Shown piece by piece: positions 58,296-64,000 of a DNA stretch of 64,000 nucleotides; the stretch's first letter is position 1, and the number at the start of each line of letters is the position of its first letter. The stretch covers positions 64,001-128,000 of IMG/VR virus record IMGVR_UViG_3300002834_000024, one strand, 5' to 3'. This DNA comes from a virus. Taxonomy: Duplodnaviria > Heunggongvirae > Uroviricota > Caudoviricetes. Below the pieces are notes generated by a model. The model made no database searches. It saw only the letters and a program-made list of their open reading frames with translations, and had not been told where the DNA came from. The translations under genes were made by a program, and so were the position numbers.

Positions 58296-59171
58296 TCAAT
58301 AAATACTTAACAGGTTTTTTTTGGTATTTTGATATATTATTTTATATTTTTTGATACTATTTCTTACAGTTTTAATATCTAAAAATGTACTTTCGGTTAT
58401 AAAAGTTAAAAGAATAGTTTTGTTAAATTTATGTGAACCAACATCGCCAATAATATTTTCCCAATCATCTAATATTTGTATTAAACATAAACCAACATTA
58501 CAATCCTTTTCATTCAAATTATATTGTTCAGGACTATCTACACATTCTTGTATGTCTTTTATTGTACATTTAAACAATTCATTTATAAAACTATTATCGT
58601 TGTTTACAGGTAAAACTTCATTATTTACAAAAGAGTGTTCATTAAGACTGAATGTACTAACTTCTTCTTTTGCTTCTTCATATTCTTTATTTTTAATATC
58701 TTGATAAACATCGCCAATTGGTAAATATCGTTTCATTTTTTTATCATAACTAAGATATTTGCTACCAATATAATGTTTGATAACCGTTTGAATATATGAA
58801 TATGCTTTAAATCCCATTTCAGGATCAAACTTATCCAGTTTGGTTACAATAAATGAAAAAACATCAGAAATTATATCTTCAACAGATTCATCAATTTGAA
58901 ACTTATTGTTATAATATCTCATCAATATTGTTTGTATCATATAATAAATTGGTGAATACAAATGTTTATTGAATATCATATTTCTTTCAATATCACTTTC
59001 GGAATTAAGATAATCCATCAAATATTTTTCAACAGGCGCAAAATAATTTCCTGTTGCGCCTCGTTGTTTATTTTCTTTTCGTGGTCGCCCACGACCTCTT
59101 TTAGTTGGTGGTTCTATAATAACAATATCGCTTTGTTTTATAGCATCATCCAAAGTTTCTTCATATGTCAT
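58296..59171 (-). CDS. Late-transcription sigma factor, T4 gp55-like, with an N-terminal AT-hook
   Basis: IISDVFSFIVTKLDKFDPEMGFKAYSYIQTVIKHY (sigma region 2-like); KRGRGRPRK. Confidence 0.65.
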   Translation of the reverse strand: MTYEETLDDAIKQSDIVIIEPPTKRGRGRPRKENKQRGATGNYFAPVEKYLMDYLNSESDIERNMIFNKHLYSPIYYMIQTILMRYYNNKFQIDESVEDIISDVFSFIVTKLDKFDPEMGFKAYSYIQTVIKHYIGSKYLSYDKKMKRYLPIGDVYQDIKNKEYEEAKEEVSTFSLNEHSFVNNEVLPVNNDNSFINELFKCTIKDIQECVDSPEQYNLNEKDCNVGLCLIQILDDWENIIGDVGSHKFNKTILLTFITESTFLDIKTVRNSIKKYKIIYQNTKKNLLSIY

Positions 59172-59986
59172 TATGTAACATCTTCTATTTTCTTATTATA
59201 TGTTAAATCTCTTTGGGCGTTGAAGTAATATTCATTTTGAACTGCATCCCAATAAAATTTAGCTTCATCAGTTTCAATATTAATAGCTGTGAAATAAACA
59301 TGATTATACAATGATTTTGGTATTACAAATGCGTTTTTGGAATTATATACAAGCCTTAATAAAAATTCATACCAGAAGTACAATTTTATATTATTTTTAA
59401 GACCACCAATTTCATCAAAATCATTTTTATTGATTATTGAACCAGATAAATTCATATCAAACATAACTTTTAAACCTTCTTCATCAACATAACCAAGATC
59501 TAAATCTTTACTAAACCCATTTGCCCACCATTGTTCATTCAAAAATCGAACAAATTCACCATTCTCATTAAACACTTTACAAATTGGTAAATAAATGGAA
59601 ATATCTTTATCTAATGTTGATATATATCTATCAACATTTTCAAACCATGTTGGTTCAAATTGATCGGTTAATTCCAAAATAGTAAAATATTTTGTTTTTA
59701 CTGCTTTTACACAATCTATAATTGCTGTAACACTATTATGTGGATAATGCTCAAACACATAATCTGAACATTTATTAGTAATAGTGATGTTAATCATTTC
59801 AAATTCTTTAACGGTTTTATCAAGATATTCACCATATTTGTTATCGTTTAAATCGCTATGTGTTCCCAAGATAATTTCACTTGGTTTAACTTTTTGATTA
59901 AATACAGAATCTAATGCTCTGTCAAGATATTTTTGTACTTCTTCATCCCATTTTCCGATGGGAATTATAACTGTTAAGTCCATCAT
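59171..59986 (-). CDS. Glycosyltransferase family 2-like (GT-A)
   Basis: LTVIIPI...YLDRALDSVFNQ..KPSEII; WYEFLLRL. Confidence 0.8.
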   Translation of the reverse strand: MMDLTVIIPIGKWDEEVQKYLDRALDSVFNQKVKPSEIILGTHSDLNDNKYGEYLDKTVKEFEMINITITNKCSDYVFEHYPHNSVTAIIDCVKAVKTKYFTILELTDQFEPTWFENVDRYISTLDKDISIYLPICKVFNENGEFVRFLNEQWWANGFSKDLDLGYVDEEGLKVMFDMNLSGSIINKNDFDEIGGLKNNIKLYFWYEFLLRLVYNSKNAFVIPKSLYNHVYFTAINIETDEAKFYWDAVQNEYYFNAQRDLTYNKKIEDVT

Positions 59987-60002
59987 TTTTTGTTAATTTT
60001 TT

Positions 60003-60332
60003 TTAATATGTTTTTGGTTTACCCATTCCAACTGATGCCTCACCAAAATAGGTTGTTTCATCAATAGGTAATTCTTCCTGTTTAGTATATTCATAATCTC
60101 CGTCTTTCATATCTGGTAAATCGGGAAGTTCAGTATAATTGAAGCCTAAATTATATGCTTCAATTAAATTTTGTTCATCTTCTTCTTTAAGATCTTTATA
60201 TGGATCATCATTGTTTAATAAAAAATCATTATTAGTTTCATTTTCAAACCAACAATCATGGTCATCTTGAAAATCACTATAATATTCTTTTAATAATTCT
60301 GTTGTTTCATCTGTTAAATTAAGCGTTTTCAT
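60003..60332 (-). CDS. Highly acidic hypothetical protein
   Basis: About 30 D/E versus 8 K in 109 aa (hand count). Confidence 0.6.
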   Translation of the reverse strand: MKTLNLTDETTELLKEYYSDFQDDHDCWFENETNNDFLLNNDDPYKDLKEEDEQNLIEAYNLGFNYTELPDLPDMKDGDYEYTKQEELPIDETTYFGEASVGMGKPKTY

Positions 60333-60978
60333 ATGAAATTTTATTTTGTAAAATTTTTATTTGATTATTTTCAATAACAATACCGCACCCATTAATTTTA
60401 TGTGCAAATAAGTTTGCGAAATATAGTTTAAATAATTCATCTTCATCCAATGACCTATCATCTTCTGGAATATTTTTTATTAAACTTTTTAACCCATCCG
60501 TTACATTTACAAAGAACTCAAATAAATCAAAATCAGTATAATTATAATTTAATTCTTTAACCCTTTTTATAGTTTTGCGTTCCGAATTATAGAATTTTTC
60601 AATATATTCTATTTCATCTTGTAAAAAAGCAGATTCATCAAGATTTCCATCTTTAAAGGCTTGTTGTTCTTTAAATTTTAAATCAGATAAAAGATTATTA
60701 ATATTACTTACAGGTTCATCATATTCACGACTTTCTGATGTTGCAACATCAATTGGATCCCACAATGTAGTATTACTTCTTCTCAATAAACTAACAACAA
60801 GTGGGTAAATATCATCAAAATTGTATTTATCCATTACATCAGATGCTTTTTTCATCCATTCTTTGGTGGCAGCAATACTGTTTACTTTTTGTTGTATCCA
60901 AACCCTTTCAAAGCCTATATTATCGTTTTCCATAGAATTAATGTTTACTTTGTAAAAATTCGGTAAATCCTTTTCCAT
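60319..60978 (-). CDS. Hypothetical protein
   Basis: Tightly packed ORF. Confidence 0.6.
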   Translation of the reverse strand: MEKDLPNFYKVNINSMENDNIGFERVWIQQKVNSIAATKEWMKKASDVMDKYNFDDIYPLVVSLLRRSNTTLWDPIDVATSESREYDEPVSNINNLLSDLKFKEQQAFKDGNLDESAFLQDEIEYIEKFYNSERKTIKRVKELNYNYTDFDLFEFFVNVTDGLKSLIKNIPEDDRSLDEDELFKLYFANLFAHKINGCGIVIENNQIKILQNKISYENA

Positions 60979-61666
60979 TTAAAAAGTATTCATAATATTC
61001 ACTTAAAATTAAGCAAGTTTCTAATACTGTATCAAATGTTCTTTCTGGTGTTTTACTTGCAATATCATCAATATATTGTTTAATTTGAGGATAATAGAAG
61101 TTGGTAAATAACAATAAATCATAAACATTAAAATTGTATACAACATTGTTAGTTTCAAGGGTTAATAATTTCTTAATTATTGGAAATACTATATTTTCAA
61201 TTTCATCAATAAAATATTTTCCATGTAAACTATTTAAAAATTGATTAATCTTTTCCATTTCAGATGAAACTGGATATTTTAATTCATTGTTTAAATTATC
61301 CAAAAACCCCAATTGTTGCCATTTATTAAGTATTTGATCTGCTACTTCTGGGGGATATACACCTGTAATAGTTGTATACATATATTTCTTTGGTTCTTCC
61401 ATTACACTTAAAGACATATCTCCAAGCAATTCTCCATTCACCCAAAATTGAATGGTGTTTTCCGATAATCTGTCTTGGTCATCTTGTGTACAAACAACAG
61501 CCATACCACTAATTTCACCTATTCCAAAAGGAATAGTTGTATTTTTACGAAAATTTTGAAATGTGGTAAACAAATCTGCATTGGCTGGATTTATTTTAAT
61601 CATATTTGGATATTTTCCAATATTATTAAAAAATTCGTGTGCTTTGTTTATTATTTTACTTTCCAT
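60938..61666 (-). CDS. Hypothetical protein
   Basis: Tightly packed ORF; contains KWQQLGFLDNL. Confidence 0.6.
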   Translation of the reverse strand: MESKIINKAHEFFNNIGKYPNMIKINPANADLFTTFQNFRKNTTIPFGIGEISGMAVVCTQDDQDRLSENTIQFWVNGELLGDMSLSVMEEPKKYMYTTITGVYPPEVADQILNKWQQLGFLDNLNNELKYPVSSEMEKINQFLNSLHGKYFIDEIENIVFPIIKKLLTLETNNVVYNFNVYDLLLFTNFYYPQIKQYIDDIASKTPERTFDTVLETCLILSEYYEYFLNGKGFTEFLQSKH

Positions 61667-61671
61667 TTTGT

Positions 61672-62811
61672 TTATTTATTTTTAAAAATATTTATTGCTT
61701 CATTTAATTCTTTTATTCGTTCTTCAATGTATTGGTCAAAAACGGTTTGAACTTTTTCTTTTTGTTGTTCTCTTGTGAATAAATTATCAAATTTTGACAT
61801 ATTTTCTGAAAAATTATTTGGTACTTTATCTTCCATCCATGAAGATACAACTGACACAATAGCAGTATGAATCTTATTCAAATTTGATACCCATATAATA
61901 CCATCCGTCATTTCTTTTTTAGTATCCGAAAGCATCCAATCAGTCGGTTCATCAGGAATAACACCTATTACAATCGTTCCACATTTCATTGCTTCAATTG
62001 GGGCAAATCCAAAATTAGTTTCTCTATCAACCCAAACACATGCAACTGAATTTCGTATTTCCTCTGCAAATAATTCTTGATTTAAGCCATTAAGATGTTT
62101 AAATGTAAGAAATTTAAACAACGGATATTTTAGATAAAATAATTTGGCAATTTTATTAACATCTGATCTATCTCTTGCAACAATGGCAACCTGTAAATTT
62201 CTTTCTGTACTTTGTGGCTTATAAAAATAAGGTGCAATAGATGGTTCAATTATCTTAATTTTAAGATATGGCATTATTTCCATTAACAATCTTTTTTGAG
62301 ATTCTGATGTTGTTATAACATCCAATATGTTTTTTTGACCCCATTCTACACCAATAGGCATTATTTCAGGAATAAAATTAAAGTTTTGACAAAAAACTAT
62401 TCTTTTGCATGGCATGTTTTTTGTTTGTTCCATTAAATTAGAAAAAATTTCTGGAATAATTAGAATATCACTTGCATTAATTGTAACCTTGTCATTCTTT
62501 ATATTGTAGTGTGGTATGGTCATATATTTTTCACCTATAAATCCACTAACGCCAACAAATTCATCATTATCATCATTTTGATAAAGCATTGCAACATTAT
62601 AACCCAGTTCTTTCAACATGTATGCCATAACATATATGTTACCAACACTCCCACTTGGATTATCTTTTGCATCCATAATCCAGAATAAGATTTTATTTTC
62701 TTTCTTATTCAATTTTTCAAGTTCAGTTTGAAGTTTACCTATTCTTTCTTCAGGTGAAACAACTGGTTGTTCAACCTCTTTTACTTCGATTTTTTGTTTT
62801 TTATTTGCCAT
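61672..62811 (-). CDS. Glycosyltransferase (GT-B, family 4-like)
   Basis: PSGSVGNIY..AYML, DILIIPEI, FGFAPIEAMKCGTIVIG. Confidence 0.85.
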   Translation of the reverse strand: MANKKQKIEVKEVEQPVVSPEERIGKLQTELEKLNKKENKILFWIMDAKDNPSGSVGNIYVMAYMLKELGYNVAMLYQNDDNDEFVGVSGFIGEKYMTIPHYNIKNDKVTINASDILIIPEIFSNLMEQTKNMPCKRIVFCQNFNFIPEIMPIGVEWGQKNILDVITTSESQKRLLMEIMPYLKIKIIEPSIAPYFYKPQSTERNLQVAIVARDRSDVNKIAKLFYLKYPLFKFLTFKHLNGLNQELFAEEIRNSVACVWVDRETNFGFAPIEAMKCGTIVIGVIPDEPTDWMLSDTKKEMTDGIIWVSNLNKIHTAIVSVVSSWMEDKVPNNFSENMSKFDNLFTREQQKEKVQTVFDQYIEERIKELNEAINIFKNK

Positions 62812-62874
62812 ATATTGTATTTTTGTAATATATTATTTAATGTAGTATATTTTGTATCTTTTTAAAGATTAATT

Positions 62875-63255
62875 TTATTTTTTTATTTCAACTAATATTC
62901 CAAGCGAAATTAGTGTATTCCAAGCAATAGTTTCAGATAATGAAATATTTTCTTCAATTGAAGCATACTTATAAAAATTTCCACCTTCACCCTGCCTTAT
63001 ACCAATATGTGATAAAATTTCAAGCATTAATTTTACTGTATCATATTTAAGGCTATCTGCTGTTTTTATTTGTCCATTTTGTATTTTTGTTTCATTGATT
63101 TGTTTTTGGACAAGCTGCATACCATCAAAACCATCTTTATATAATTCGGTAATATCTTTTTGAATTGATCTTTCATCTTGTGTTCCAGTACAATATTTTA
63201 TAATTGCATCTACATCTAATCTGAAACACTTTCCATTAGCTAATGATAATAACAT
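62875..63255 (-). CDS. Hypothetical protein
   Basis: Tightly packed ORF. Confidence 0.6.
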   Translation of the reverse strand: MLLSLANGKCFRLDVDAIIKYCTGTQDERSIQKDITELYKDGFDGMQLVQKQINETKIQNGQIKTADSLKYDTVKLMLEILSHIGIRQGEGGNFYKYASIEENISLSETIAWNTLISLGILVEIKK

Positions 63256-63256
63256 G

Positions 63257-63877
63257 TTATTTAAGTTTTAAAAATTTTGAATAATTTGGTTTATTTTCAA
63301 GAAATTGAATAAAAGTATCATAAGATATTAACATTCTGTTTTCACCTACCCAAGACCCTTCATTATATGTTGTATTAATTCTAATTACCAATTTATTTTC
63401 AGGAATTGTTTTGATTATTCGTGGATCTGCTGTAACAACCATATCGAATTTATTCCATATTTCTTCCGAAGATTTTGGAAACTCTATATTTCTTACTCTT
63501 GTACAATTTTTAGACAAAAAGAATAATGTCGCTTGTATGGATAATTCATTTTCATCACCCCCTATAATAGAAATTTCAATATCTTCTTCTTTTTCGGTAT
63601 CTTCAATATCATTTCGCCAAACATTAAACATTCCAGGTATGTTTTTATCTATACATTTTGCTGAACCATAAATTTCAAAAGAATAATCAATATATTGAAA
63701 ATCTTCTCTTTCTTTTAATGATTTAAAATTAAAGGGAGAATACATATCATCTCCATCATAGATTAAATTATTTATGTTAAAATTTTTGTCAAAAAAATTT
63801 AATTTTTGATATTGTAAAGCATACTGATTAGTAAATGCTCTTATAGTATCATTTATATCTATTGCTACTCTTATCAT
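63257..63877 (-). CDS. HAD-superfamily 5'(3')-nucleotidase-like protein
   Basis: N-terminal IRVAIDINDTIR (degenerate DxD); C-terminal VVTAD...INTTYN. Confidence 0.6.
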   Translation of the reverse strand: MIRVAIDINDTIRAFTNQYALQYQKLNFFDKNFNINNLIYDGDDMYSPFNFKSLKEREDFQYIDYSFEIYGSAKCIDKNIPGMFNVWRNDIEDTEKEEDIEISIIGGDENELSIQATLFFLSKNCTRVRNIEFPKSSEEIWNKFDMVVTADPRIIKTIPENKLVIRINTTYNEGSWVGENRMLISYDTFIQFLENKPNYSKFLKLK

Positions 63878-63999
63878 AAGTTTTTTTGTTTGTATTCATT
63901 TATTGTTATATAATCTGTAATAGAATCACCTGTTATTTCGTTATATTTTTGGAGGCAGTTCGTACACATTCCAATTCCATATTCCAATTTTGTAAGACG
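63874..63999 (-). CDS. C-terminal fragment of a CxxC-containing protein truncated by the window edge
   Basis: RLTKLEYGIGMCTNCLQKY...KQKNL*; ATGA overlap with the next gene. Confidence 0.55.
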   Translation of the reverse strand, partial: RLTKLEYGIGMCTNCLQKYNEITGDSITDYITINEYKQKNL

Positions 64000-64000
64000 A

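Noticed and set aside
1-64000. Stop-codon recoding (TAG to Gln, as in Lak or some crAss-like phages)
   Set aside because: Long conserved genes are intact in code 11, and TAG ends genes at natural C-termini (31643, 35331, 37411)
1-64000. tRNA genes, CRISPR arrays, introns and inteins
   Set aside because: Intergenic gaps are short and show no cloverleaf or repeat-spacer pattern; terminase and helicase have no visible intein motifs

Overview
The window is a 64-kb, strongly AT-rich, gene-dense segment of a lytic jumbo myovirus with a T4-like core, read in the standard bacterial code 11. The core genes are the major capsid C-terminus, portal, a giant 1832-aa tail sheath, large terminase, gp26/gp5/gp51-like baseplate genes, a gp41/DnaB helicase and a gp55-like late sigma. 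The host is most likely a member of the Bacteroidota: promoters carry TAnnTTTG -7 boxes, and the phage encodes a Bacteroidales-type OmpA and an RpoD-like sigma lacking region 1.1. Auxiliary genes include IF-1, hsp20-dnaK-dnaJ, NAMPT plus NMNAT-Nudix (NAD+ salvage), PhoH, Nudix, two metallophosphoesterases, an HD-kinase, a TROVE/vWA-like protein, glycosyltransferases and a complete ABC-importer operon. Most notable observations: (1) seven promoters with a conserved TTAACATCCAGTA box 25-26 nt upstream of a Bacteroidota -7 element, driving host-takeover and counter-defence genes; (2) a family of proteins with a shared N-terminal leader ending in a hydrophobic-x-E protease site, which includes two paralogous R-S-ExE ADP-ribosyltransferase-like proteins; (3) a five-gene ABC / SBP-OmpA / PspA-like envelope module; (4) about 18 partly nested repeats inserted in the tail sheath; (5) three TGACA-N3-TGTCA-like sites upstream of the chaperone operon. 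All calls come from reading motifs by eye; no database searches were run.
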